64,000 nucleotides of DNA, from contig NC_045697.1 in the NCBI RefSeq assembly GCF_009834535.1, positions 52,268,001-52,332,000 of the forward strand, written 5' to 3'. Shown in pieces: positions 38,681-53,278 of the stretch. Every line of letters starts with the position of its first letter. The stretch's first letter is position 1. The position numbers and the translations under genes were made by a program. Source of the stretch: Camelus ferus (lineage: Eukaryota). The notes beneath the pieces were generated by a model, which searched no databases, was not told where the DNA came from, and was given only the letters and a program-made list of their open reading frames with translations.

Positions 38681-38718
38681 GCTCCAGTGGCACAATTGGT
38701 CAGTATGCGATACTCATG
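38681..38718 (+). pseudogene. Tailless retrocopy of the 5' half of tRNA-Ile(UAU)
   Basis: GCTCCAGTGGCACAATTGGTCAGTATGCGATACTCATG versus recalled GCTCCAGTGGCGCAATCGGTTAGCGCGCGGTACTTATA: 29/38 identical, all differences transitions. 16-bp TSD TGTAGAATATAT(T/C)TAT at 38659-38674 and 38717-38732. Confidence 0.8.
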
Positions 38719-39600
38719 TAGAATATATCTATTTTAATAATGATAGGATAATTGCAACAAATATTTCCTTTCACAAAGAAAGGAAATAGTAAGAGGCATG
38801 AAGCAATTCTGAAATCACATTGGGTGAATGTATTAAGAACTGCCCTTCCTCTGAGGCTGAGGAATACTCCTTGATTAGACCCCTCTTCTGTTCCCAGAGA
38901 ATAAACTCCCAGTCTGTATCCTCTGGGCTCTTTACTCTACCCTTTGGAAGGCTTTTCTTTCCACAATATCCTTCTTTGCCACAATCAAAGAGGACATTGG
39001 AGTATATGTCCTCCTTGGCACTAAAGCAGCTTTCTCTGCCTACTTCCTCTACATGGAATATTGGCGACCCAACGGGTCATTTTTGGTCAAAAACAACCAC
39101 CATCGTATTTAGTCTCAACTAGTATAAAACTCTCAGAATGAGGCTTTTTAAATGTATTTGATTCCAGCCAGCTTCTTGTGCCTATTGCCTCACTCTCTTT
39201 CATCACTGGATTGTGGGTGTGTGGAGTCCCTGATGAAGAGAGAGCACCCTCAGACCTGATACAGCAAAGACAACCACAAAATTATTTACTGTCATCTTGA
39301 CGCTATTCCTGGACTTTCAGCACTTCCTCTTCTAAGAAGGAGCTGAGTATATTTTGTGTGCAGAAGGAAGGGAAGCAAATATTTGTGAATGAGTTTGGAG
39401 AGGTGCCAGATTGTGTTTTGTAGTGCTCCATTTGCTGCTTTCCCTGAGGGAGGATTATAGGTCTCTCACTGTTGACCTAAACGTGGTCATGTGACTCGCT
39501 TGGGGCAATGAAACAGGAACAGAAGCTTTAATAGCCATCATTGGTTCTCTTGTGCTCTATTTTCTCTCTGCTATGAATTCTGCTATATCCAGATGGAAGT

Positions 39601-42494
39601 ATAGATGGAAACTAATGGACAACTTAGAAGAAATGGACAAGTTCCTGGAAACATATTCCACCAAGGCTGAATCAAGAAGAAATAGACCACTTGAATAGAC
39701 CAATCACTAGGAATGAAATAGAATCAGCAATAAAAAAACCTTCCTACAAACCAAAGTCCAGGACCAGATGGCTTCACTGGGGAATTCTATTACCAAACAT
39801 ACAAAGAAGAACTCATACTGATCTTTCTCAAACTATTCCAAAAGATTGAAGCAGCAGGAACACTCCTATGAACCCACCATCACACTGATACCAAAACCAA
39901 AGACACTATCAAAAAGGAAAATTACAGGCCAATAACATCGATGAATATAGATGCAAAAATGTTCAACAAAATGTTAGCAAACAGAATCCAACAGCACATA
40001 AAAAATATCATACACCATGATCAAGTTGGATTCATCCCAGGGACACAACGATGGTTCAACATACCCAAATTAATAAATGTGATACATGACATCAACAAAA
40101 GAAAGGACAAAAATCACATGATTGTCTCAACAGATGCAGAAAAAGCATTTGATAAAATTTAACACTCATTTATCATAAAAACTCTAGCCAAAAGTGGGTT
40201 TAGAGGGAACATATCTCAACATAATAAAAGATATTTATGACAAACCCACAGCCAACATAATAATAGTGGAAAACTGAAAACCTTTCCACTAAAATGTGGA
40301 ACTAGACAAGGATGCCCTCTCTCACCACTTTTATTTAACATTAGTCTTGGAAGTCCTAGCCACAGCAATCAGACAAGAAAAAAAAAATAAAAGGGATCCA
40401 ACTTGGAAGAGAAGAGGTAAAATTGTCACTGTATGTAGATGACATGATATATATATATATAGAAAACCGTAAAAGCTTCACACAAAAACTACTAGGGTTG
40501 ACAAAAGATTTCTGCAAGGTAGCAGGATACAAGATTAACATACAGACATCAGTTGCATTTCTTTATACTAACAATGAAATAGCAGGAAAAGAAAGTAAAG
40601 AAACAATCCCTTTTAAAATCACTTCCAAATCAATAAAATACTTAGGAATAAATCTGAAAAAAGAGGTGAAAGACATACATGGATAACTATGAAATATTGA
40701 CTAAGGAAATTAAAGATGACTTAAAGAAATGGAAAGATACCTCATGTTTTTGGATTGGAAAAATTAGTATTGTTAAAATGGCCATACTGCCCAAGGCAAT
40801 CTACAGATTTAATGAGATCCCTATCAAATTACCCATGACATTTTCCACAGAACTAGAACAAATAATCCTAAAATTTACATGGAATCACAGATGACCCAGA
40901 ATTGTCAAAGCAATATGGAAGACAAAGAACGAAGCTGGAGGACTAACCCTCCCAGGCTTCAGACAATACTACAGAGCTACAGTAATCAAAACAGCATAGT
41001 ATTGGTATAAAAACAAACATATGGGTCAATAGAACAGAATAGAGGGCCCAGAAATAAACCCACAGACCTATGGTCAATTAATCTTTGGCAAAGGAGGCAA
41101 GAACATACAATGGAGAAAAGACAGTCTCCTCAGCAAGTCATGTTGAGAAAGCTAGATAACAGCATGTAAATCAATAAAGTTAGAATTCTCCTCCATACCA
41201 CACAAAAAATAAACTCAAAATGGCTTAAAGACTTAATGTAAGAAAAGACACAATGAACCTCCTAGAAGAAAACATAGGCAAAACATTCTCTGACATAAAT
41301 CTTAGCAATGTTCTCCTAGGGCAGTCTACCCGGGCAATTGAAATAAAAGCAAAAATAAACACATGGTACCTAATCAAACATAAGCTTTTGCACAGCAAAG
41401 GAAACAATAAGCAAAACAAAACAACAACCTATGGTATGGGAGAAAATATTTGCAAATGATACAACTGACAAAGGCTTAATTTCCAGAATATATAAATATC
41501 TCATACAACTTAACAACAAAAAAACCAAATAACCCAATCCAAAGATGGGCAGAAGACCTAAATAAGCAATTCTCCAATGAAGACACACAAATGGCCAATA
41601 GGCACATGAAAAAAATGCTTAACATTAGTAATTATTAGAGAAGTGAAAATCAAAACTACAATGAGGTATCACTTCACACCAGTCAGAATGGCCATCATTC
41701 AAAAGTCCACAAACAATAAATGCTGAAGAGGGTGTGGAGAAAAGGAAACCTTCCTTCACTGCTGGTGGAAATGCAGTTTGGTGCAGCCATTGTGGAAAAC
41801 AGTATGGAGATTCCTCAAAAAACTTAAAATAGACTTACTATATGATCCAGCAATCCCACTCCTGGGCATATATCTGGAGGGAACTCTAATTTGAAAAGAA
41901 ACATGCACCCCACTGTGCATAGCAGCAGTATATACAATAGCCAAGACATGGAAACAACCTTAATGTCCATCAAGAGATGACTGAATAATGAAGTGGTGGC
42001 ATATTTATATGATGGAATACTACTCAGCCATAAAAAGAATAAAATAATGCCATTTGCAGCATCATAGATAGAACTAGAGATCATTGTTGTAAGTGAAGTA
42101 AGCCAGAAAGAGAAAGAAAAATACCATAAGGTATCACTCATATGTGGAATCTAAAAAAAAAGAAAAGAAAAAAAGAGAACACTAAAAGCCCATCAACAAA
42201 ACAGAAACAGACTCACAGACATAGTAAACAATCTATGGTTACCAGGGAATAGGGAGTGAGAAGGGATAAATTTGGGAGTTTGAGATTTATAAATGTTAGC
42301 CACTTTATATAAAAATAGATTAAATTTTTTTCTGTATAGTATGGGGAAATATATTCAATATCTTGTAATAACCTTTATTGAAAAAGCATATGAAAACGAA
42401 TATATGTATGTATATACATGACTGGGACATTGTGCTGTACACCAGAAATTGACACATTGTAACTGACTGTACTTCAATTAAAAAAAATAATAAT
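39601..42494 (+). mobile_element. 5'-truncated L1 of about 2.9 kb with disrupted ORF2 (reverse transcriptase and C-terminal domain) and 3' UTR
   Basis: ORF fragments [29 protein letters not shown] (RT active-site region) and [13 protein letters not shown], with many frameshifts. Ends in an A tail. Confidence 0.96.
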
Positions 42495-44229
42495 TGTCCA
42501 GAGGAGGTTTTCAGGGACTATACTTTAACAAATAGTTAGGGAAGTTTTATAATTAGTCTATTAATTGTTTCTACAGGGATAGTCATCCTGAAATTGCTCT
42601 TACATGTTAGAAATCAGTTAATTCTCAAATAGTTTAGAAGTTCTCCATGAAAATCTTCAGAAAAACATTAATTTGCTTGGAATCTACTTTTTAGCAATCA
42701 TGCAAAAATGCAGTTTATTGCCAGCTTTATTCAAATAATTATAAATTTTGAATTGCTGAAATAGAAATCAAAGGGGTATTATTTTTGACAGGTGCTGTAC
42801 TAAATATCTTACATATCTTACACTTCTTTTCTTATTCCTCATTCCACCCAACATAAGGATAGGTACTACACTGTTACTACCTCTATGTAGAAATGGGAAA
42901 CTGAGACTCAGAAGATTTTGCAAGATAGGAGTTCAAAGCTGACTCCAAAGCTCTGACACTTAACCATTGTACTTTACTCTTTTTTCCATATAAGTTACCC
43001 ACATACTCAGCTGTTCAAAGTCTGAAATATGTTTGATTAATCTTAAGCATTGCACACAAAAAAGAAAAAAAAAGTAGCCTGCCAGTGTTACCCTTCACAA
43101 AGTTTCATAAATAACTCAACAGCATCATTTTGCAGCTTCTTAATAGAAGACTCAAGCCTCCCATCTCAGATAATAAATAATTAAGATACTGACGTGTTAA
43201 ACCCAACTTGTATGCATAATGATGTCAGCTTGCATGGCATTCTAGAAGCATTATATAAAAAGATACATTTTTGTATTAAATTGCATATTTAGTATGAGGA
43301 TATGTATCATGGCATCAAAAATACACTCAGCAGTTTTCTAATCATAGCCTCTAATCACAGTCTCACCCTTCAAAAAGCTGATCCTTTAAAAACAGCTTAT
43401 ATATAGTCACTAATCCACTAATTCATAGTTACTTGTCGTTCTGCCCAAAGTGAGCAATTGTGTCTGCCAGCTGAGAAACCTAATCAATAATTGAAGCTCC
43501 ACAGTGGCTAATGCTTAGCTACTGCACCCCCTGGATAATTCTCTGAGTCGCACGCAACGTTTGAGATATCCTGACTAAGCTAAATTTTCACCAGGTCAGC
43601 CTGACATTCAAGGTCAGGTGAAATGGGGTAAAAGACAGAGCCTGGAGAATACTTGTTTTCAAAACAGAGCTTATCACCATGCTATTGCACCTTTCAATAT
43701 CCATTCTTCCCATCCCCTGACACCAACTTCAATTTGTTCAGATAGTTGACTGAGATACCTTGAGCTCAGGAAGGAAGGACCCCAACCCTTGCCCCAGGAG
43801 ATGCTAATCAAATTCCTTTTAGTGAGTGGTTGATCTAAATGTGGGCAGTATTTCAGACCTACCCAAGAAATAGGGGAAGTCTGCTTGGCAGAGCTTCCTT
43901 CCCCAAATGTGAAGGCAAAGCCCAGCTAAGAAAGCCTTTCCTGCTTCTTCCTGCTTTGATATGATGACTGAAAGTGTAACAGTTCTCTTGTGAATATGAA
44001 TGAAACAACCAAGAGAATCACAGGGATGCCAGCCCTGAGAGTATCTAGACACTGAACAAAAGCCGGAAGCTGCCTAACCCCAGACTATTTAAGCCAAAGT
44101 TAAAATTTGTCAGTTCTTCCAAACACATTGCGTGGTGGCTATGTTAATATTCTAGTAGAACCAAGGGGTGGGGTATAATTATAAATCCAATATACTTTCA
44201 AAGGAGAATGTCAAATTCAAGAAAATTCT

Positions 44230-45700
44230 CTTCCTTTACATTCTATCAATAATTTAAAACCTAAGACTACTACATATTTTGACGATTTGCTGCTCATACA
44301 GTATTTATTTTTCCTGAAGTTTCTGATTGCTTTTGTTTTCAATTTGGGAAAATAAACATATGCCTTCTTCACCGTATGTCTAATATCTTCCAGATGCAAA
44401 CTCCTTCTAAGAATGTAGTGCATTCTTTTCCTTGATATCTGTTAACTTCTATTCCAATTTGGACTGGTTTCTTAGTATTTGGACCGTGACTTTCTTGTGC
44501 AGCTTTGGTTTTTCCAGAATTTTTGAATTGCCCTTTTTTATAATGCCTGCCTTTATCTTATACTCAAGTTTTCCAGTCATTTTAACCATTCCATGGAGTA
44601 CTTTTTCTGTCTTCTCCCAAAGCCCTCTGCCTTTCCTCTTTAGTTTTGATTGGTCTCTGCCTGATGTAGACTTGTTATTCTGTGACTTGACTGTTCAATA
44701 AGGTTGGATCAATTGCTTTTTGCTACCTTGACTCTTTGTCTCAATTAAATCCCTTATAGTGAGGTACCGTCTTAAGTAATGTCCTAGAAACAGGTGAACT
44801 GGAGATAAACTGTTTGGAACTTGATGACTTTTAAATAGTTTATTCTGCCTTACACTTGTTTGGTAGGTTAGTAGGGTCTACAATATTCAGTTTAAAATTA
44901 TTTCCTCCAGAGGTTTCTTTTAAGACATTGCATTAATATCTTCTAGTATCAACTTTTGCTATTAAAAAGATTGGCATCACCTTGGTTATTATTTCTCTGT
45001 ATGTGGCTGCTTTTTCTGGACAATTTTAAGATACTCTTTTATTCTTGTGTTCTGAAATTTTTATTCTTGGTAATCTGAAATCCAACAGTGCTATGCACAT
45101 GTTTTAAATTATTTGTTCAGATTTGTATATGATGTGTAACAACATTCATTTCTGAGAAATTTTCTTTATTGTATTATATTATATTGATACCCTCTGCCTT
45201 TTCTTGTGTATTTTTCTTTTATTTTTGATTCTATATTTTGAGAGCGTTCATAAACATTATCTTCCAATTTTTTAACAGGAGTTCCCAATTTCTTCCAAGG
45301 CAATTTCTTCAGTTGTCATAGAGAAGAAGCCTCTTTTTTTTTTTTTTTTTTTTAAACCCAAAGCAAAGGCATTAGGCTGACATCAAGCCAAGGTGGGAGT
45401 GGGTTCTATATATATACACAAACCCTGTTAATATCCATTCTCAGCTCTCCATTCCCCATTCCCATCCTTGGTCTTCCCTGCTACATTTGAGTCTTACTGA
45501 GATTCTCCTGGCAATTCATCTATGACCTGAGCTGCAGCTTGCTTAACATTCATTCTAGTCTGCAGCTTCCTGCAGTCTGCTTCAGCATCCAAACCTGCAT
45601 TTAACTTCCATAGTAGAATTTTGTGGGAGTTTCTTGTCCACCTGTGCCATCTTCCAAAAATTATTTTATTCCTTTTAATAGTTTTAATGGAATTTTAGAA
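44230..45700 (-). mobile_element. Very old L1-like (L1ME/HAL1) fragments
   Basis: T-rich degraded L1-type sequence. Family and boundaries uncertain. Confidence 0.4.
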
Positions 45701-45739
45701 AGGAGAAGTCTTGGTTCACTAGTATGTACATAAGTCAGT

Positions 45740-47590
45740 TTTACATTTTAAAAAATGATCCTGGAGGCAAGGGGTAGGGAGTATGTATTTTCAGCAGGCA
45801 GACCTAGAGGCATGGGCACCAGTGGGAGGCTAGTTCAGTAATCCAGGTAATAAATGATGGATATCTAATGTAATGGCCATGAAGGTATTCATAAAAAGTT
45901 AATTATTTAGATCTACAAAGGAGGGAGAATAGAATACAATTAGTGATTCACTGAATGAGTGACATGAAGAAGCAACCAGAATTCAGGATGACACTTAGGC
46001 CTCTGGCTCGAGCTACTATGTGGCTGATGACATCATTTCTTGACACAGGGAACATGAGTGAGTGTGTTTTGGTGGGATAGGTGGATGGTTCATTTTGGAT
46101 CTGTGAACATGCATTACTTAAAGACAAATATTCTAAAATCAGTTGCATATGTAAATCAGAAGCTCAGGAGAAAGATCTGGGCAGAAAATGCAGATTTGGT
46201 AGCTATCAGCACATAACTGAAGCCGTGGGAATGGATATGATTGCTGTAACAGATCATGAATCAGCTCACCTGCAGAACCCTGAAGGCTACTGATACCGAA
46301 AAGCTAAGTAGAGGAAGAGGAGCTCACAAAGGCACATGAGAAGGAACAGAAAGAAGGACTTAGGATACTAACATCTCATTGTCCAAGAAAGAAAAAGAAA
46401 GATGTGAAAAATTCTAAGAAGATTCAGACAGAAACATATGAGAGAATCTAGGTGCTCTAATAGTCACCCAGCGCACCCCTGGCAATGCCCAGCTCTGGAC
46501 CAGTCCAACCCTCATCCCTCATTTGGATCAGTCCAACGGTTTCCACTGGTCGCTCTGCGGCTAGTCCAGCAACTCTCATCTAGTCCTCATTCTGGGCAAA
46601 TATGATCACTGTTTTTCTTCTCAAAATTCTTAGTGGATTGTTTCTGCCCTTTACTATAAGCCCGAACTCTTGAGTTGAAGCAAGGATCTCATTAATGTCA
46701 AACGCTGCTGAGAGGTCTGCTATCTCCTGAAGACACATCCTGGACCTTTCTCAGAAGGTGTTCATCTCCGAAAAACCTCATTCTAGGCTTCCCCTCCCAA
46801 ACAAGCACTTCCTAACCAGCCAGTGTGTTTGCTTAAGTTACTGCTAATACACGGGTCCTGTGCCCACAGCGATGCCCTGTCCCATGAACCTTCATCATTC
46901 TCCCAATCCTCTGGCCCCCTTCGGCCTCCACTACTGATTCCTCTGCCTGAGCCCATCTTTGCCTCACTGTCCACATGGCTCCTCCACACACACTTCAGGT
47001 CTCCTCTCCACCATCACTTCCCAGGGAGGCCTTCCCTGTCCCCCCAGCCTCCATTAAGTTCACTTGACTCTCATATGACCCCCTCTTCATCCTTCATGGC
47101 ACTATTCATAATTTTTAACTCTAGAGTTACCATTTTTAAATTTGCTCATAGGGGAGGAACTGTTTCTATTTTGTTCACTGCTTTGACTAAGTAGAGATTC
47201 TGCTACACAATATCGAAGAAGTGATTGAATAAATGGAATTCTCTGCCCTGATTCTGTTCTCTGTCTCCCAGATTTGAAAGGCCTTTCTCCATTTTCTTCA
47301 CTCCACTTCATACACCATTTGTCTGACAAACATTTTCTCACCCAAAATGACAGATTGCCTTAGAAACCTCTCCTGACAGGTTGACCTCTTATGCTCAAAC
47401 AAAATTGATAACTTTCTCACATGGGCCTCCACCGTACCTGACACATGCTTCTATCACAGCACTCACAGGTTTTTAGTTCACTTCGTCTATGTGTCACACT
47501 TGACCACAAGTCACCTAAAGTTACAGATCATATCTTATTTTTGGTTCTCCAGCAACTACTCCATTCAACAATTGTAAATGAATGAATGAA
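45740..47590. mobile_element. Cluster of LINE-2 fragments in both orientations
   Basis: L2 motifs AAGCTCAGGAGAAAGATCTGGGCAGAAAATGCAGATTTGG (minus), CCCAGGGAGGCCTTCCCTG (plus), and (TGAA)n ends at about 47230 and 47585. Confidence 0.65.
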
Positions 47591-49054
47591 CAAAAATAGA
47601 ACATAATTAATATTTTTGGTGGCCCCAAAGCATCATTTCGAACATTAACTGTAATACATTTGTAAGATACTTAATCAGCTTAATTCTTTAATCAATAGAT
47701 TTCCAACAGTATAAAACCAATGCATTTCACCTTTCAGACCTGTTGTGGTCTTCTTGCCTGTGTAAGAAACAGCTTGACTCTTAACTTCTTATGTTTTATG
47801 CAGTTTTTTGTATCTTCTCTTTTCCCACCAGGACTAAGTTACCGATTCTTACTAATTCAGTTTTCTGGTTAGTAATTTTCTCTACCGTTTCTCACCTCCT
47901 ATGTTCCGAGAAATCCATAGATAATCAAGCTTAACAAATCCAAGCATTTTGAAAAAAGTAAGTGTAAACAGACTTTAAGTGAGGATTTGCAGCTCCTCTC
48001 TCAGAACTGTGGAGCTGAAGCTGTGGTTCTAGGCATTGGTACAGAATCTGGTAGTTCAGAGGCTTGTGTTTTCGCTCCCTGTTCTCGGGTAGGTCAGGTA
48101 GCGTAACGAAGGCTTGCTGAAGTCCATTTCCTTTTCATAATATGCAAAATATATTGTGATCCTAGTTTCTTGGCTCAGTTACTGTTATGGTAATGCAATG
48201 GTTAATGCATTGTCTGTGGGTATGTCGAGAAATTAATGAAATCCTCCCATATTATGATCTCTTCTGAGCATGGCTTCTGCCACTCTTCTAGCTCAGTGAT
48301 ATAATCCAAATTCCATCCCTACCCTCCACTGTCACCACCACCACCACCACCACGATGCCAGAGCCATTGCCTCTATATTGTTTTCAGATTGAAAGATTGT
48401 TTTGACCAGTGTCCCTACCGCATTACCTTTTTTAAAAAATGTAACTGTTTACTGCTCCTTCTTATTTTTTCTATTTGTTCCCCTATCCTCCTCACCAACC
48501 CTACCACAATTCTCTGATTATAAATTAGGGCTGAACTGAAATTTCCTAGAGTTGTAAATATTACATGGAAACCTGGACAGCCCAGCTGTTATGTATCTTC
48601 TGTCGAGCACCATTCCAGGATTTTGTTCAATTTGAGTAACTATTTCTTAGTAAGTGCTTATGCCTAGTAGTTCTTTTGCTATGAGAATTGACTATATACA
48701 TCAATATCATATATAGAGTCAAGAAAAATGACATTTTCTATTTCACCAACTTTATAAAAGAAGAGTAACAATACCACCTTCTCAATAAACCATTTCTTTG
48801 TCCTCAGTGGACATACTTTTTCTTGCTTTGAATCCTTGCATGACAGCACTTCATTAAGACATGACTAGATAATTCTTACAATTTCTTATTTTGTATCATT
48901 TGGACATTTATTTTATCCTCTTGTCTAGAGAGATGAAAAGCAATCTGAAGTCAGGCACTCTGACTTACTCATCTTTCTATTACCTGCAGAACCCAGAGGA
49001 GTGAAGTAACAGGCACTTAATAATTATTTGAAGAGTTGAACAAAAGCACTCGAC

Positions 49055-52000
49055 GCTCATAAATGCATAAAGTTACTTTATTTTAAGTATACATTTAATT
49101 TTGAAAAATATAAATGCTAAAATATCTCATCTTCTTCATCTCTTAATTCCATAAAAGTCACAATAGAAAGCTTCATAAAACTGTAAAATACTATAATGTT
49201 ATAGGAATTTTAGGTTTTATATTGGAAAAAAATTATTAGTAATATATTGAAATGTTTTCTGTTCTTTATCATTTTGTTCCACCATGTTGATCTACTTCAT
49301 TTAAAATAAAAAGATGCATCATTTCTCCAAAGTTAATAAAGACTTAAGAGAATAAAAATAAGATTATCTGAAAGTGCGTATTGATTCTGAAAAGTAATGT
49401 GTACGGATATGTACCGGCCATGAAAATGGCTAAAAAGAGGCAACTATTCATTCTTTTCACATTGTAGGGCTGGGACAAAGTTACTTCTGGCTCTAAAATT
49501 TTCACTGGATGACTTTAGCCCTGAGTTGCAATATTTGCCTAAGAAACAGAATTCAGGATTTTTGCATGTACCCATAGAGCACAAAGAAATGAGCCGAGAA
49601 ATAGAACGTATCCAAATTTCTGGTCAAAACACAACTTGACTGGTTAGCATATATCCCAAAACTTTTTTGTTTTATTTCAGGCTGCAATGAAGCTCAATGA
49701 AATCATTATCTGAAAACTCCCAAGGCCCAAGCAAAATATCCTCTGGTTGTGTTCAGCCACTTGGTGCTCTGAGCTTCACGCTCATGCTGTGAAGAGTGGA
49801 TGGGAAATATCACAGAATAAATAAGAAAATCTCAAGTTCTGCACCAAAATCATTAAGTGGTATGAAAAGGATTGAAGAAAGCTTTGTCCCATCCCTGAAC
49901 AATGTCAACCTCTGTAATACAACTTAAATCGTTTTGTTTTGCTTTTTTAAAGATAGTCAGCAGTCAATACATTTCAAGTACTTAACACAGTTTTAAAAAA
50001 AGAACCAAAAACTTGGAAGACAATCATTCTCTGTATCAAACACCGATATATAGCTGATAAAAGATTTACTCTGTGTGTGTTGGTGCATGTGCATAAAATA
50101 TATACAAACTAAATTTCTGGTGGCAGACGATTCTTTTTCTCCCCCCCAACACCCCGCCCCAGTTCTTTGAGGTGGTGGGGGCTGATTAGAAAAGGTGCTG
50201 TCTTCCCACTTCTCTGACTTCCTCCATCTCCCCACCCAACTCCACGGATTGACCAGAAGAAGAGGCAAGAAAACTACCAAGTATGGCACACAAAATAATC
50301 AGTATTCGAAGTCGGTAGTGGTTTTGCACAGTAAAGAAGACTGACTTTTATCAAGGAAAAGTGTCTCCAAGAGATTTTCTTTCAAATGCAAAACCACAGG
50401 CCTTTATGCTCTGATAAAGCAGACCCTTGACCTGGTGATCCTTTTCCTTCCAACAGTAAGTCTGTACAACCACAGGGTTCTGGTTAACAACTCTGAGTGT
50501 ATACTTAGTCCTTTACTTCTAACAACTTGCATCTTTTATCTCCGTATTTCCATCAAGGAGAAACACTTTGTAAAAAAAAATTACTGTTGTATTCTGTGTC
50601 CAGTTTACATAGAAACAAAACCACCCCAAAAATCTGATTAGTTCTTCAACAATGAGTGAATTCAGTTAAAATACAGATAATTCGGTGGCTCTGTATGGAC
50701 CTCGGGGTTTGTTTGTTTGGTAACTACTTGTGTTCCTCTGAAAGTAAATGATTTTTAAAATACTTTCCTGGGTCCCAAAATATTGAAAAGGTTTGCTACT
50801 AACAGTTCCTTTTAGCAAATATAAGGTACTACTCTGCATTCATATCATGAATATCAACCTTTTGTCACAGAATATGGCTAGTAAATGAAGGTGCAGATAG
50901 CTTTCAGATGTACTCAAAGGTTGAAATACTGAGTTAAGTTGCTTTAGGAATTCTTCAAAAGGAACATGGGGGCATGAATCCTCAAATACTTGATTCATGA
51001 TCAGAAAAATAAATTTTTACATCTGGAGCTTTTATGAAGTGAACAAAAGTGTCTTTAATTTAACAAGAACATAGGTTAGGCTAAACTTATTATTCATGGT
51101 TTTAAAATATTTTATTGATGATTCCATCAGTAAAGGAAAAGGAGAAGATTCTTATAGAGTTTTATATTAAGGTAATGAAAAACTAGGTAATAGAGAGGAA
51201 TCATTTTAATGCAATCATGATGACAAAATTTGGCATGTGAGGTTTTAACAAATACCATTTAATTTGCCACTTTCATTTTAGGGAAAAAAATTGTAGGCCA
51301 TTTATGTCTAATTTGTATAAAATTCAAAGTTTTCAGATTACTAGATACTATAAAAGTAATAGCTAATTTAGAATAACAAAACTTTCGTCATCAAAATTTC
51401 AGCAGAACAGAATTATAATTTAATTAGGATGAGTGGGAGTCAATATGTGCACATTATGAAACCAAAATAAGTGGTTTCATTCTGCTTCTAGTACTCATCA
51501 ACTTGTCTTAGTTAAGATATATCACAAATATGGTTATAGGAATCCAAAATTATGGATTCAGCATTTAAAAATGCTGTTTTTAATGCAGATTCATAATTCA
51601 CAGTGCAGCCTACTAAAACATTACATTTAGATAACATGCTAAATTTGGTTAATAAGGATATAATTTTCTTTTTTTCTAATTTTCAATATGGGGTACTTTG
51701 AAATACACATATACACGTATGTATAGGCCTATATATTCTAAATGTCCCAATCATAAAGAATAATTGCCGTTCAATCTTAAAAACAAGTGTGAATATAGTT
51801 GAGGTATACATACATACCTCCGCAGATCTATCGGCACTCCCATACTTTATAAATGTGTAAGTGGTCTATTAATAGTCCTACGGATTTTGTATTGTAAGTA
51901 AGGGTTATTGTATCAGTGATGGTGACAGCTAACTGGGTAATAAAATATATTTACCCTCATTTGCATAATGTCCCCTGGACCTCTGATGGATTTTTTCATA

Positions 52001-53278
52001 CGTGGTTTGGGTTTTACAGAAGCTGACACAGGAGGCTAGGTAACTTTGCCCTTTGTCTACCATCACTCTGTCTCTTTCTAACTTTGCACATATGTGCACC
52101 AGCCACACACAGAGTACATACACAAACACACAAACATTTCAAAATGAAAAAAACACCTAACAATACTGCACAGGACGTCAACATGGTAATACAATCAGTG
52201 TCTGTGCCCGGATACTACAATTATCAAAACATCAGTTATTCCCAACACACAGGAGCTTCCCCCTCCTCCCCACTCTCCTTCACAGAACAGCTAAATTTCT
52301 TTTGAAGAAAGGGAAAAATGGATGCTTAGAAACATGGTGTTTTTAGTCCGATCTAGCCCTCTGGCTTACCCTAGAGATGGTATATCTGTGTGTGTTTGTG
52401 TGTGTGCGTGTTTATGTAAAAATCACATTATATACAATACAATTTTTACAGAAAGCCTGGCAGCTACAAATAAGAGGTAGAACTACTCAAAACTATGTTT
52501 CCTGCTGCAGGAAAAAATTCATTTTCTTTACAGTAATTAAAAAAAAGTTTAAAAAATTGACAAAAAATAAGTTGCAGGTTAGGCCCCATAATTTAAACAA
52601 CAAAATCTAGGAAGAAAAATATTCTTCGATGTACTCAACAGATAAGTTCATTAAAGGGTTAAAAAAAGTTGCATAGGAAAAAAGGGACATTCCAACACTT
52701 GCTACAGTGGTGGCAATAGTTTCTCTACAGGGAGCAAAGTACCTTTAGTTTTTCTTCTTGTGATAACTCTTAAGATTCGGGTTGACAAGCAAGAGCAAGT
52801 TCGAATAGCAGCACTTTTTCCAGTCCCGGAGGGCGCTGTAAGCCAGGAGGGACCCTGTCTGGAGGTCAAGCTTTGTTCGACCAGACAGAAAGACAAGCCA
52901 GTAAGCACAGCTCCAAAGCACAAGTTGGAAGTTCCTTCAATATTTTAATATAAGGTGTTAAAAAATCCTTAATACTTTTCCTCTCTGCTTAAATAAAGGA
53001 AAAGGACAGGGTCTGTGCGTGTCTTGAGTGACAGAGGCATCTGGTTGTCAGAGGACACATCTGAAGGTATAAGAGCGAAAATGGGACACTTCAGATGCTG
53101 TGGGTAAGGAACGGTGCACTATTGTCTTTCCCTATGCAAGAGAGAAGCAGAGAGAGCGTTGCATTATTTGGCCAGTGGCCAAAACCCGAAACGAAACAAA
53201 AATTTAAAAAATAAACCACCAGATAGAAAACAAGAACACAAACAACAAAAACTGTCAGTTTTAGGAAAGACAAACAGG
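49055..53278 (-). other. SLC4A4: SLC4A4 long 3' UTR (about 4.2 kb); distal end approximate
   Basis: AT-rich stretch with no interspersed repeats that I recognised, following the last coding segment and ending at a good poly(A) signal. The end point is inferred. Confidence 0.7.
49077..49082 (-). terminator. Probable distal polyadenylation signal AATAAA of SLC4A4
   Basis: TTTATT on the + strand. On the - strand it is followed about 15-20 nt later by a CA/TA and then GU-rich GTCGAGTGCTTTTGTT. Repeat-derived (L2-like) sequence resumes just beyond. Confidence 0.6.

Noticed and set aside
39601..42494. L1 reverse transcriptase ORF fragments as a possible active or domesticated RT
   Set aside because: 5'-truncated (no promoter, ORF1 or endonuclease) and broken by many frameshifts and stops.
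7374..42494. Four young L1 copies all on the + strand
   Set aside because: Four in the same orientation happens 1 time in 8 by chance, and older L1s in the window lie on the other strand.
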